Assembly: GCF_046328425.1 (NCBI RefSeq)
Contig: NZ_JAXLWP010000032.1
Location: 23,479 to 87,478 of the forward strand
Direction of reading: 5' to 3'
Source: Kouleothrix sp.
GTDB taxonomy: Bacteria > Chloroflexota > Chloroflexia > Chloroflexales > Roseiflexaceae
DNA: 64,000 bases
A model generated the notes under the pieces. It was not told the origin of the DNA, did not search any database, and saw only the letters and a program-made list of their open reading frames with translations. The position numbers and the translations under genes were made by a program. This document shows, piece after piece, positions 8,695 through 21,379 of the stretch; position 1 is the stretch's first letter; each line of letters starts with the position of its first letter.

Positions 8695-9972
8695 ATGCGA
8701 AGCACCGTTACGCGCATGCGCGTCGCGCTGGTGGTGCTGGCGCTGCTGCTGGCTGCGTGCGGCCAGGGCCAGGCGCCTAGCACCGCCGCACCTACCGCCG
8801 CAAGCCAGCCAACCGCGGCGCCCGCCGCCGCACAGCCCACCGCCGCGGCTCCGAGCGGGGCCGCCGCGTCGGGCGAGCCGATCCCGATCGGCATCGCCGT
8901 AGCCCAGACGAGCAACGTCGCCCTGTTCGGCCAGGAGCAAGTCGCCGGCGCGCAGGTCGCCGAGCAGTACTTCAACCAGAAGGGCGGGGTCAATGGCCGG
9001 CCGATCAAGCTGATTCTGCAGGATACCGGCGGCGACGAGGCCGGCGCGATCAATGCCTTCAACACGCTGATCAACAACTACAAAGTGGTTGGCATCGTCG
9101 GCCCGACGCTGTCGCAGCAGGCCTTCGCCGCCGACCCGATCGCCGACAAGGCTGGCGTGCCGGTGATTGCGCCTTCGAACACCGCCAAGGGCATCCCGCA
9201 GATCGGCGACTACATCGCGCGCATCTCGGCGCCCGTCTCGGCCGTGGCGCCAAACGCAGTCAAGGCCGCGCTGAATATCAACCCGAATATCAAGAAGGTG
9301 GTTGTGCTGTTCGCGCAAAACGACGCGTTCAGCAAATCCGAGACGGTGGTGTTCCAGCAGACCGTCACCAATACATTCAAGCTCGACCTGCTCGGCGTGC
9401 AGACGTTCCAGACCACCGACACTGATTTCACGACCCAGGCGACCTTTGTGCTCGGCGCAAACCCGGACATGGTGATCATCTCGGGCCTGGCGGCCGACAG
9501 CGGCAACCTGGTGAAGCAGCTGCGCGATCTGGGGTACAAGGGCGTGATCGTCGGCGGCAACGGCCTGAATACGCCGAACCTCTTCCCGGTGTGCAAATCC
9601 GCCTGCGATGGCATTCTGGTGGCGCAGGCCTACAGCTACCAATCCGAGAGCGATGTCAACAAGGCGTTCCGCGAGGCATTCAAAGCCAAGCAGAACAAGG
9701 AGCCGGGGCAGTTCAGCGGGCAGGCGTTCACAGCGGTGCAGGTGTTCGTCGAAGCGCTGGCCGCGCTCGACAAGCAGTCGCCGATCGCCTCGGCCGACCT
9801 GGCGCAGCTACGCACTGCCCTGAACAAGCAGATCCTGGCAGGCACCTACGACACCCCGCTTGGCGCGATCTCGTTTACGCCCGAGGGCGATATCAACCAG
9901 AAGCAGTTCTATGTGGCTCAGGTCAAGATGAGTCCGGACGGCACCAGCGGCGCGTTCGAGTTCATCAAGTAG
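8695..9972 (+). CDS. branched-chain amino acid ABC transporter substrate-binding lipoprotein (LivJ/LivK family)
   Basis: GAGGAGG RBS before the ATG at 8695. Lipoprotein signal LALLLAAC. Typical Leu/Ile/Val-binding periplasmic domain (GPTLSQQAF ... NDAFSKS ...). TGgTATAAT extended -10 at about 8626-8636. Immediately followed by the livHMGF genes. Confidence 0.85.
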   Translation: MRSTVTRMRVALVVLALLLAACGQGQAPSTAAPTAASQPTAAPAAAQPTAAAPSGAAASGEPIPIGIAVAQTSNVALFGQEQVAGAQVAEQYFNQKGGVNGRPIKLILQDTGGDEAGAINAFNTLINNYKVVGIVGPTLSQQAFAADPIADKAGVPVIAPSNTAKGIPQIGDYIARISAPVSAVAPNAVKAALNINPNIKKVVVLFAQNDAFSKSETVVFQQTVTNTFKLDLLGVQTFQTTDTDFTTQATFVLGANPDMVIISGLAADSGNLVKQLRDLGYKGVIVGGNGLNTPNLFPVCKSACDGILVAQAYSYQSESDVNKAFREAFKAKQNKEPGQFSGQAFTAVQVFVEALAALDKQSPIASADLAQLRTALNKQILAGTYDTPLGAISFTPEGDINQKQFYVAQVKMSPDGTSGAFEFIK

Positions 9973-10404
9973 CCTATCGCTGCTCTGTGTGCGGTTTTTC
10001 GCGCTAGCGCGGAAAAACCGCACACAGCTGCCGGGGGCCGCAATCTCGCCGTACTGCGATGCCACACCACGCAACTGCGTAAATCCTCATCAGGCGATCT
10101 ACGCGGTGGGCGGTTTGCCCCCGGCAGAGCGGTACTTTTTCGTTTAAAGTGCTCAGAAGGTGGCGCTCCACGCCACCTTCTGAAAGCTGTTTGAAAAGGG
10201 TGGTTTGGAGGGACGAAGTCCTCCAAGTATCCACTTCTTCTGGCGGGTGGCGGCCACCCGCCAGAAGAAGTGCGAGGGGCTATGCCCCTCGCGCACCGCC
10301 TTTTCAAACAGGCTCTGAGCACAAAAGATCGGCAATACCTTGCTGCCGCAGGCAGAATCGACGTACGAGGCGGGGCACCGCATAGCTCGAGTGATCATAA
10401 CTCT

Positions 10405-11379
10405 ATGAACTGGTCGCTGCTCCTCCAGCAGATTCTCAACGGCCTGGCAATCGGCAGCCTGTACGCGATCTTCGCGCTCGGCTATACGCTGATCTTCTCG
10501 ATCCTGCGGGTGATCAACTTCTCGCACGGCGCAGTGTTCGCGCTCGGCGCCTACGCCACCTACCTGCTCACCGGCTCGGCCGTCAACCCCAGCGGGGTGC
10601 TGGCCAGCGTGTTTACCTGGCTGTTTGGCAAGCCGGCGCTGCCATTCGCGCTGCCGTTTCTGGTGGCCCTGCCGCTGGGCGCGGTGGCTGCAGGCGCTGC
10701 GGCGATGCTGGTCGAGCGGGTCGCATTTCGGCCGCTGCGCGCGCGCGGCGCCGACCCGCTACTCGCGCTGGTTTCGAGCCTGGGCGTGGCGATCGTGATC
10801 GTGAACGTCATCCAGTACCTCGTCGGCACCGAGATCTACCCCTTCCCCGATACGCTATTCGGCGGCCTGCCGCGCGCGGTGAATTTCGGCGCTGCAGGGC
10901 GGCCGGTGCCGGTGCGCACGGTGCAGATCATCATCTTCGCCGTCTCGATGGCCATGGTCGTGCTGCTGACCTACCTGATCAACTGGACGAGGCTGGGCAA
11001 GGCGCTGCGCGCGGTGGCCGAAGACCTCACAACCGCGCGGCTGCTCGGCATCAACCCCGACCGGCTGATCTTGCTGGCGTTCTTCCTGAGCGGGTTTCTG
11101 GGCGGCATCGCGGGCACGCTGGTGGGCGTGAGCGTCGGCATCAACGGGCCTTACTTCGGCATTGCGTTTGGCCTGAAGGGCCTGGCAGTGATCGTGCTGG
11201 GCGGCCTCGGCGACGTGCCAGGCGCGGTGGTGGGCGGGTTCGTGATCGGCATCGCCGAGTCGTTCGTGCCGCCGCAGTACAACGCCTACAAAGATGCGGT
11301 TGCCTTTGCGCTGCTGTTTGCGGTGCTGCTGGCCCGGCCGCAGGGCCTGCTCGGCCGCGCGCTGGTGCAGAAGGTATGA
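10405..11379 (+). CDS. livH: branched-chain amino acid ABC transporter permease (LivH family)
   Basis: MNWSLLLQQILNGLAIGSLYAIFALGYTLIFSILRVINFSHGAVF is the canonical LivH N-terminus. The ORF-track start at 10270 lies in the repeat-rich spacer. Confidence 0.8.
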   Translation: MNWSLLLQQILNGLAIGSLYAIFALGYTLIFSILRVINFSHGAVFALGAYATYLLTGSAVNPSGVLASVFTWLFGKPALPFALPFLVALPLGAVAAGAAAMLVERVAFRPLRARGADPLLALVSSLGVAIVIVNVIQYLVGTEIYPFPDTLFGGLPRAVNFGAAGRPVPVRTVQIIIFAVSMAMVVLLTYLINWTRLGKALRAVAEDLTTARLLGINPDRLILLAFFLSGFLGGIAGTLVGVSVGINGPYFGIAFGLKGLAVIVLGGLGDVPGAVVGGFVIGIAESFVPPQYNAYKDAVAFALLFAVLLARPQGLLGRALVQKV

Positions 11380-12299
11380 CCGCATTCATCAACACCTACG
11401 GCTTTCTGATCACCTCGATGGTGCTGGCGGCCACGCTGGCGCTGTCACTGTACCTGCCGCTGATGGCCGGGCAGCTTTCGCTGGCGAGCCCTGGCTTCTA
11501 CGCGCTGGGCGGCTACATCGCTGCGGTGATGTCGACGAAGTATTTCGCGCCTGGCCCCGGCTTCGCGCTATGGCAGCTGCTGGCCGAAATGCTGCTGGGC
11601 GGGCTGGCCTCGGGCGCGCTGGCATTGCTGGTGGGCGTGCCGGCGCTGCGGCTGCGCGGCATCTACCTGGCGCTGGCGACGATCGCGTTTGTCGAGATCC
11701 TGCGCGTGCTGTCGCTGAACCTCGAGATCACCGGCGGCGCGGTCGGCATCTTCGGCATTCCGCAGCCATTTACCACCCAGGTCGGCTACCTGTGGGTGGC
11801 CGGGCCGCTGCTGCTGCTGAGCATGCTGTTCGTCTACCGGCTCGAGCGGAACCGCGTCGGGCGCGCGTTCGTGGCCATCCGCGAAGACGAGCTTGCGGCC
11901 GACGCGATGGGCATCAGCCCGACGCGCTACAAGGTGCTGGCGTTCACGCTCGGCGCGGCGCTGGCCGGCGTGGTCGGGGCGCTCAGCGCGCACTTCCTCA
12001 ACACCTGGAACGCGCGCCAGGGCACCTTCGACGCGAGCATCAGCTACCTGGCGTTTGTGCTGATCGGCGGCTCGCGCACATTTGTCGGCCCGGTGGTGGG
12101 CGGCCTGGCGCTCACCGCGCTGCCCGAGCTGCTGCGCGCGCTGGCCGGCATAGGCGCGCTGCCGCCCTGGCTGGCGCAGTTTCTGCGCGACGGCCGGCTG
12201 ATCATCTATGGCGCGCTGATCGCGGTCGGCACGGTGTTCTTCCCGCGCGGCCTGATCACCCCCGAGCTGCTCGAGCGCTGGGGCGGGGGCCGCCAATGA
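11376..12299 (+). CDS. livM: branched-chain amino acid ABC transporter permease (LivM family)
   Basis: The ATGA overlap with livH indicates translational coupling. Polytopic sequence with PLMAGQLSLASPGFYALGGYIAAV, typical of LivM. Confidence 0.8.
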   Translation: MTAFINTYGFLITSMVLAATLALSLYLPLMAGQLSLASPGFYALGGYIAAVMSTKYFAPGPGFALWQLLAEMLLGGLASGALALLVGVPALRLRGIYLALATIAFVEILRVLSLNLEITGGAVGIFGIPQPFTTQVGYLWVAGPLLLLSMLFVYRLERNRVGRAFVAIREDELAADAMGISPTRYKVLAFTLGAALAGVVGALSAHFLNTWNARQGTFDASISYLAFVLIGGSRTFVGPVVGGLALTALPELLRALAGIGALPPWLAQFLRDGRLIIYGALIAVGTVFFPRGLITPELLERWGGGRQ

Positions 12300-13078
12300 G
12301 CGCAGCGCAGCCGGCAGCCGGGGCCGTGCTCGAGGCCCGCGCGATCACCTGCCGCTTCGGCGGGCTGCTGGCGGTGAATAATGTGTCGTTCGGCGTGCGC
12401 CAGGGCGAGATCTTTGGGCTGATCGGGCCAAACGGCGCCGGCAAGACCACGCTGTTCAACCTGATGACCGGCCTGACACCGCCCACCAGCGGCGAGCTGC
12501 TGTACCGCGGCCAGCCGATCAGCGGGCTGCGGCCGCACCGCATCGCGGCTATGGGCATCGCCCGCACCTTCCAGAACATCCGCCTCTTTGGCGAGCTTTC
12601 GGCGCTGCAAAACGTCATGATCGCCCAGCATATTCACGCGCGCGCCGGCATGCTGCGCGGCGTGCTGGGCCTGCCGCCCGCGCCGGCCGAAGAGCGCGAC
12701 GTGCGCGCGCGCGCCGCCGAGCTGCTTGGCATGGTCGGGCTGGCGGGGCAGGCCCAAGCGAAGGCGCGCAACTTCGCCTATGGCGACCAGCGCCGGCTCG
12801 AGATCGCCCGCGCGCTGGCGCTGCGGCCGCGCGTGCTGCTGCTCGACGAGCCAGCCGCCGGCATGAATCCGAACGAGAAGGGCGCGCTCACCGAGCTTAT
12901 CCGGCAGATCCGCGCGCGCTTCGACCTGACGATCCTGCTGATCGAGCACCACGTGCCGCTGGTGATGGGGCTGTGCGACCGCGTCGCCGTGCTCGATTTC
13001 GGCCAGCTGATCGCGCTGGGCGAGCCGGCACAGGTGCAGAGCGACCCGGCGGTGATCGAGGCCTACCTGGGCGAGTAG
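12296..13078 (+). CDS. livG: ABC transporter ATP-binding protein (LivG family)
   Basis: Walker A GPNGAGKTT, Q-loop, signature motif, and LLLDEPAAGMNP (Walker B, LivG-type). ATGA overlap with livM. Confidence 0.85.
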   Translation: MSAAQPAAGAVLEARAITCRFGGLLAVNNVSFGVRQGEIFGLIGPNGAGKTTLFNLMTGLTPPTSGELLYRGQPISGLRPHRIAAMGIARTFQNIRLFGELSALQNVMIAQHIHARAGMLRGVLGLPPAPAEERDVRARAAELLGMVGLAGQAQAKARNFAYGDQRRLEIARALALRPRVLLLDEPAAGMNPNEKGALTELIRQIRARFDLTILLIEHHVPLVMGLCDRVAVLDFGQLIALGEPAQVQSDPAVIEAYLGE

Positions 13079-13101
13079 CGGAACGAAGGCGCACAAACAC
13101 A

Positions 13102-13812
<711 letters not shown>

Positions 13813-15225
13813 CTACTGGCCCTGCGCCCTGGCCTTGAAGAAGTCGATCAGGCCCTGGTAGGCGCTCAGCTGCTGCTGGGTGGCACGCTGCTGCTGCGCC
13901 AGCGTCAGCAGCACCTGGGCCTCGCCGGCGGCCTGGGCATACTGCCTGGTCTCGCTCAGCACCAGCGTGTAGTTGCGGTGCGCCTCGATATTCTGCGGCT
14001 GCAGCTGGGCCCAGCGGCCAAACGCCTCGGCAGCTTTGGGAAGCTCATTCAGCCGCACCGAGAACAGCCCGATGAACGATTGCAGCGTGGCGTCGTCCGG
14101 CCGCTCGGCTGCGGCGTCGGCGTAGGCGTCGCGCAGGCGCCGCAGCTGGTCGGGCTGGTCGCGCAGCGCATCGGCCAGCTGCGACACCTGGTTGTCGATC
14201 GCGTGCGGGTTCGCGTCGAGCAGCTTGAGGTACATATCGACGGCCTCGGCGGCGCGGCCCTCGAGGCGCAGCAGCTCGGCCTGGCGCAGGTCGGTGTCGC
14301 CGTAGCGCGGATCGAGCTGCTTCGACCGGGCCAGCAGATCGGTGGCCTGCGCGTAGAAGCGCTGCGCCTCGGCGTCGTTGCCCTGGCTCTTCTGGTAGTT
14401 GCCCATCAGCGCCACCGAGCTAGCGTACTCGTTCAGGATGGTCACATCCTGCGGCGCGATCTCATTGCCGCGCCGGTACCAATCGATCGCCTCGGTCAGC
14501 TGCTGCGGGTCCTGGGTCATCCGGCCGAACCAGAAGTTATGCAGCCGGGCCAGGTTGGCGTAGTGATCTTTGTTCAGCTGGTTTAGCTGGCGCGCGCGCT
14601 CGAGCACCACCTGGGCGTAGCTCATCGTCTCAAGCGGCGTCTGCTGCAGCACCGCCTGCTCGGCGGCCTGGTCCCCGGTCATGTCGAGCAGGTCGTTGAC
14701 GCTGGCATTGGGCTTGGGCTGGCCGAGCTGGCCGTTGGCCTGCTGGCGCTTCACATCTGCGATGCTCATCAGGCTGCGGCCGAGGTTGAGGTAGTAGAAA
14801 TCCTGCCCCGGCTCCATGCGAATGGCGTCGAGGTAGTAGCCCATGCCGAACAGCAGCTGGTCGTAGCTCGAGCTGGGGTTATCGCTGAGGATCTGGCCCT
14901 GCTGAAAGCGCATGTCGGCGTAGACATTGTCGATATTAAAGAACCAGCAGCCCAGCAGCGCGAACAGGCCGACCAAACCATACACCAGCAGCTTCAGCGG
15001 GTTGCCGTCGCCACGCGCGCTGGCGCGGCCGCGCGCGGCGCGGCCCTGGGCGGCGCCGCGCGCCACTGCGCCGGGCTGGCGCCGGCTGCCCGGCTTGCCG
15101 CTGGCGCGGGCCGGGGCGGGCGCTTCGGCCGCAGGCTCGGCCGGCGGCGCGGCCGGGGCGAGTTCGGCCTCGAGCGAGTATTGGCCGGCCAGCGCGCCCG
15201 CCACTACAACCACCGCCATCGTCAC
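13813..15225 (-). CDS. membrane-anchored TPR-repeat protein, translationally coupled to the upstream Wzy-like gene
   Basis: Ala/Pro/Arg-rich N-terminal segment, single TM (LKLLVYGLVGLFALLGCWFF), then multiple TPR-like helical repeats. Its ATG overlaps the upstream stop as ATGA (15222-15225). Confidence 0.7.
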   Translation of the reverse strand: MTMAVVVVAGALAGQYSLEAELAPAAPPAEPAAEAPAPARASGKPGSRRQPGAVARGAAQGRAARGRASARGDGNPLKLLVYGLVGLFALLGCWFFNIDNVYADMRFQQGQILSDNPSSSYDQLLFGMGYYLDAIRMEPGQDFYYLNLGRSLMSIADVKRQQANGQLGQPKPNASVNDLLDMTGDQAAEQAVLQQTPLETMSYAQVVLERARQLNQLNKDHYANLARLHNFWFGRMTQDPQQLTEAIDWYRRGNEIAPQDVTILNEYASSVALMGNYQKSQGNDAEAQRFYAQATDLLARSKQLDPRYGDTDLRQAELLRLEGRAAEAVDMYLKLLDANPHAIDNQVSQLADALRDQPDQLRRLRDAYADAAAERPDDATLQSFIGLFSVRLNELPKAAEAFGRWAQLQPQNIEAHRNYTLVLSETRQYAQAAGEAQVLLTLAQQQRATQQQLSAYQGLIDFFKARAQGQ

Positions 15226-17072
15226 CCCAGCATCATCAGCGTCGAGACGATCGGGATGCCGGTGAGGCCCTCGATGCTATGGCCCACCACCACCGCCACG
15301 CCGGCGATGCACAGCACCTGCGTGCGCCAGTCGTCGGTGCGGCCGAGCAGGCGCCACGCCAGCGCGAAAAAGCTAATGATCACGAACAGGTAGCTGGCCA
15401 GCCCGAGCGCGCCCTTGGTCACCAGCTCGTCGAGGTACGCCTCGTGCGAGCGGTCGGGCGATGCGCCGCGCGCCTCGATGTTCGCAAGCGCCGGCGGGTA
15501 GAACTTGTTGTAGGCCACGAACATGCTCTCGGGGCCCCAGCCGATGATCGCGCGCAGCGGGCTCGAGCTGATCAGCCCGATCGCGCCGCCGGCCTTGTCG
15601 TCGCCCCGCCAGATCAGCGTGCGCACCAGGCCGGTGCCAGTCTCGGTTTCGAGCAGCGTGCCCATGCGGCCGATGTACGGCACGCTGCGCAGCTGCTGGA
15701 ACACCGGCGCGCTCGACAGGTTGAAGGCCGCCACGAAGCCGCCGAGCACCAGTGTCACCACGACTTCGGCAATCAGCAGGTTGCGGTACAGGCCGGTGCG
15801 GCCCGTGGCGCCGGCCCGCGCGCGCCGGTATGCGCGCCACAGCAGCAGCGTAAAAAACACGAACAGCGCCGCGCCCATACCGATCCACGGGCCGCGGCTC
15901 TGGGTGAAAAAGATCGTCAGCAGCAAAAAGCCGGCGATCACCAGCATGCCGGCGCCCTGCAGCCACAGCAGCCGCCGCGACGGCGCGGCGCGGCGCGGCA
16001 GCGTGTAGATCAGCACGTACGCCACCACCACCAGCGCCAGCCCGCCAACCAGCCAGAACGGCCAGTCGGCGTCGTTGCGGCCAGCGCGCGACTGCACCAC
16101 CTGCGCGCCGGCGGCCTGGCCAAGCAGGTAGGCGAAGCCAAGCAGCAGCACAAACCCGGCCGTCAGGATGCCGGGCCAGATCATAGCGCCGCTGATACGC
16201 TCGGCGGTGTGCGGGCGCAGCGTCGGCAGAATATACAGGCCGCACACCGCAGTGAGCGCCGCCGGGAAGATCCACCAGTAGCGCAGGTCGGGGATGTTCG
16301 TCGAGGTATCGAACGAGCGCACCACCGCGCCAAACTTGGTGACGCCAAGCAGCAGCAGCAGGCTGCCGATCGCCAGCAGCGCGTAGGCCGCGGCCCAGCC
16401 GAAGTCGGCGGTGTCGCCCGGCTCGTCGGCGGCGCGCGCCTCGGCGAAGGCCACCACCGCGCGGTAGAGCGCAAACGGCACGATCATCAGCATATAGGCG
16501 GCGACAAAGATCGAGTTGCCCATGGTCGAGGCCACGCGCGAGATCACGTCGCCTTTCCACGGCAGCGGGTCGATCTGGTAGTGCTGCACCAGGCCGTAGC
16601 CGATCGCCGGCAGGCTGCCCAGCACCGCCACGGTGATCAGCCGCTCAAGCTGCTCGCGGCGGCGCAGCGTCAGCACAATCAGCGTGGCTAGGCCAATATA
16701 CGAGAGGTTGGTGTAGGTGCCCTGCAGGCGCTGGTACGAGCCCCAGAAGCTGGTGCTAGGCACCACCGAGGTGGCTGTAGTGACGAGAAACACCAGCGCG
16801 TAGAGCGCGGCCGGCAGCGCCAGCGGGGTGGTGATAAAGCGCCGCCACGGCGTCGGCGCGCCTGGCGCGCGGCGGCCGGCCTGCTCGAGCGCGCGAATGA
16901 TCCCGGCGGCGGCCATGATCAGCACGATCGCGCGCAGCGAGGTGGCTTTATCGGGCTCGAAATGGCGCGACGAAAGCAGGTTGAAATAGCTGGGAATGAG
17001 CACCAGCGCCAGCAGCCAGCCGCCTTCAATGATCCGCTCGCACCAGACGGCGATGGTGGTCTGTCGTTGCAA
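15222..17072 (-). CDS. O-antigen ligase/polymerase-like (Wzy_C family) polytopic membrane protein
   Basis: At least 10 predicted TM helices. Wzy_C hallmarks are FTQSRGPWIG ... GWGPESMF ... RSHEAYLDELVTKGALGLASYL (H-x-x-Y-L ... E-x-G-x-x-G). The likely start is TTG at 17072 with an AGGAGA RBS (alternative ATGs lie further in). The ORF-track N-terminal 100 aa, Arg-rich and overlapping recN, is rejected. Confidence 0.65.
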   Translation of the reverse strand: MQRQTTIAVWCERIIEGGWLLALVLIPSYFNLLSSRHFEPDKATSLRAIVLIMAAAGIIRALEQAGRRAPGAPTPWRRFITTPLALPAALYALVFLVTTATSVVPSTSFWGSYQRLQGTYTNLSYIGLATLIVLTLRRREQLERLITVAVLGSLPAIGYGLVQHYQIDPLPWKGDVISRVASTMGNSIFVAAYMLMIVPFALYRAVVAFAEARAADEPGDTADFGWAAAYALLAIGSLLLLLGVTKFGAVVRSFDTSTNIPDLRYWWIFPAALTAVCGLYILPTLRPHTAERISGAMIWPGILTAGFVLLLGFAYLLGQAAGAQVVQSRAGRNDADWPFWLVGGLALVVVAYVLIYTLPRRAAPSRRLLWLQGAGMLVIAGFLLLTIFFTQSRGPWIGMGAALFVFFTLLLWRAYRRARAGATGRTGLYRNLLIAEVVVTLVLGGFVAAFNLSSAPVFQQLRSVPYIGRMGTLLETETGTGLVRTLIWRGDDKAGGAIGLISSSPLRAIIGWGPESMFVAYNKFYPPALANIEARGASPDRSHEAYLDELVTKGALGLASYLFVIISFFALAWRLLGRTDDWRTQVLCIAGVAVVVGHSIEGLTGIPIVSTLMMLG

Positions 17073-17083
17073 CGGAATGTCTC

Positions 17084-18862
<1,779 letters not shown>

Positions 18863-19180
18863 GCGTACTGTTTCGATACATATGTGCTAACCAATAGCCG
18901 TGCGATCGCATTGTACCATATCGAGGGGGGCGCGGCAATGAAGGTTCAGTGAGAGCGGGCCGTTTCAGGGCATTAGGATAGGGTGATCGAACGCATGTTC
19001 GCCTATTTTTCGCCGGCGTGCGCCCGGCCCCGCCGATAACAAAATGTTCTCAGCTAAAAGAATTGTAGCCTGCGGCCTCTGGTAGTAGGCCGCCTGCCAT
19101 GATACAACAAAGGCGCTGGCGCGCCGGCAACCGTCCCGCACTCGTTCTGTGCCGGCCGCCGCCCTACAAAGGAGCACCAA

Positions 19181-21373
19181 GTGTTCAACCGGAAGTGTGG
19201 CCCGGCCGCGCTGGCGCTAGCGGCGCTGCTGAGCCTGGGCGCGTGGCGCCAGCTGCCGCTTGCGCGCGCCGCCGCCCTGCCCGTGCCGGCCGGCGTAAGC
19301 GTAGCGCCCGACGACCGCAGCGCGATCGTTCAGTGGGACACCAACCCGCAAGACCCAACCGCGCCGCTGCCGGCCGGCGTGGTGGGCTACAAGATCAGCT
19401 GGGGGCCGGCGGCCACGCCCACCGCCTTCAGCAAGCTCACCGAAGAGCGGATCATCCAGCTCCAGCCGCTCGTCAACGGCCAGCCCTACGCCGTGCAGAT
19501 CCAGTCGGTCGACAGCCAGGGCAACCTGTCGGCGCCCAGCCCAAGCCTGAGCTTCACCGGCGACTCCACGCGCGTCGACGGGCTGCGCGCGCGTATGAAC
19601 GGCTTCTTCGACGACTTCAACCTGCCGCAGGGCCTGCCCGACGAGACCAAGTGGAACAGCGCGTACTCGCGCTGCAACGCCGCCGCAGCCAACGGCTTCT
19701 TTATCAACGACCAGTTTCACGCGCACAACACCGGCTTCTCGGCCAACTGCGACCGCGGCCAGAGCATCAGCCGGCCGCGCGCCGTGCTCGACCTCTCCGA
19801 CGGCGGCACGCGCACGATCGTGTTCGACTTCGACGGCGCGTTTCGCCGCAACCAGTGGTACCTCGACCTGGTGCCACGGCTGATGGATATCAGCGGCCAG
19901 GTGAATATCGAGGGCCTCAGCGCCCCGGCCGACCCGGCCGACGGCCTGCGCTTCCACCAGAGCGAGCAGGTCGCCAGCATCAGCCTGTTCGGCGACGACG
20001 GCGCGGCGCAGAGCCTGGCCTATACCGACAACGTCGTGGCGCCCAAGCTCGACGCGCTCGGGGTGAAGCAGGTGCCGAATGTGCGCCGCCACTGGGAGAT
20101 CCACGTCAGCCGCAGCTACGCCGAGGTGCTGATCGACGGCCAAAAGGTGCTCGCCACCAAGCCCGGCGCATTTCAGCTGAAGCAGACGCGCTACTACCTG
20201 CTGTGGAATATGTTCAGCTACAACAGCAACAAAGCCAACGTGCCAATGGTGCTAGGCCACTGGGACAACTTTGGCTTCGACGCGCCGGCCGGCAGCGCCA
20301 GCAGCAGCGTGACGCATAACTACCGCCTGGTGAACAGCGGAACCGACTTCATGAAGGCGTACGGCGAGTATGCCCCGGCCGCGGCCACGCTGAACATCCC
20401 CGACGTGGTGGCGGGCGCGGCGGCGCGGCGGCTGATGTTCACGCTGCAGATGGACGAATTCGACGCCTACAGCTGGTCGCCCGAAGATCGCGTGACGGTG
20501 AACGGCAGCCAGTTCGCGATCCCCAAGCCGGTGTCGAACGCGCAGCCGGCGCTGGCGCCCGAAGACCTGGTGAGCACAATCGCGCCCTACAGCGTAGCGA
20601 TCGACCTGCCCGACGGCGTGCTCAAGCAGGGCGCGAACCAGATCAGCTTCAGCACCGCCGGCAGCTCGGTGCACAATATCCACGCCGAGCTCGACTTCGA
20701 CAGCGCCAGCGCGCCGGGCTACACCCCGCCAGCGCAGGCCGCCAGCGGCGCGCCCCAGCCGGCGATCCAGCCGGTAGGGCCGAACGCGGTCATCGCGCAG
20801 ATCGGCGCGACGCTGATCGACCCAGCGATCAGCGACCTCAGCAGGACGGCGGTGTTCAACCAGCCGGTGAGCGGCGTGGTGCCGATCAAGGCCGAGGTGC
20901 ATAACGACATTGCCCTGCAGAGCACCGGCAGCAACCAGGGCGTGCGCCAGGTCGATCTGCTGGTGGATGGCGTCGCCGTGTTTTCGCAGCGCGCCGACGC
21001 GGCCGCGCCGGCGCCGGCGGTGCTGGCAACCTTTAACCTCGACACCCGCAAGCTGGCGAATGGCCTGCACGAGGTGTATGTGCGCGCCTACGACGCGCGC
21101 TGCGTGCCGAGCATCGCCGACTACCTGGGCGCGGGCGATGGCTCGGGCAGCTACTACCCGCTGCACATCAGCGTGCGCAACGCGGCCAGCGCCCCTGCGG
21201 CGGCCGGCATTGCGGCGGCTTATCGCGTGTCGCTCCCGCTGATAACGCTGGGGCCGCGCCTGCAAAGCAGCTGCGCGAGCACCAGCAGCGCCCCGCCGCG
21301 CGGCGCGCCCAGCGGCGGCGCCTGGCCGGCCGACCTGCGGCGCGACGAGCAGCTTTTCGTCTGCGAGTGGTAG
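19181..21373 (+). CDS. secreted FN3-domain protein with large uncharacterised beta-rich central region and Ig-like C-terminal domain
   Basis: Signal peptide MFNRKCGPAALALAALLSLGAWRQLPLARAAA. FN3-like VSVAPDDRSAIVQWDT ... GYKISWGP ... QPYAVQIQSVDSQGNLSAPS. No catalytic motif recognised. Confidence 0.6.
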   Translation: MFNRKCGPAALALAALLSLGAWRQLPLARAAALPVPAGVSVAPDDRSAIVQWDTNPQDPTAPLPAGVVGYKISWGPAATPTAFSKLTEERIIQLQPLVNGQPYAVQIQSVDSQGNLSAPSPSLSFTGDSTRVDGLRARMNGFFDDFNLPQGLPDETKWNSAYSRCNAAAANGFFINDQFHAHNTGFSANCDRGQSISRPRAVLDLSDGGTRTIVFDFDGAFRRNQWYLDLVPRLMDISGQVNIEGLSAPADPADGLRFHQSEQVASISLFGDDGAAQSLAYTDNVVAPKLDALGVKQVPNVRRHWEIHVSRSYAEVLIDGQKVLATKPGAFQLKQTRYYLLWNMFSYNSNKANVPMVLGHWDNFGFDAPAGSASSSVTHNYRLVNSGTDFMKAYGEYAPAAATLNIPDVVAGAAARRLMFTLQMDEFDAYSWSPEDRVTVNGSQFAIPKPVSNAQPALAPEDLVSTIAPYSVAIDLPDGVLKQGANQISFSTAGSSVHNIHAELDFDSASAPGYTPPAQAASGAPQPAIQPVGPNAVIAQIGATLIDPAISDLSRTAVFNQPVSGVVPIKAEVHNDIALQSTGSNQGVRQVDLLVDGVAVFSQRADAAAPAPAVLATFNLDTRKLANGLHEVYVRAYDARCVPSIADYLGAGDGSGSYYPLHISVRNAASAPAAAGIAAAYRVSLPLITLGPRLQSSCASTSSAPPRGAPSGGAWPADLRRDEQLFVCEW

Positions 21374-21379
21374 CCGGCG

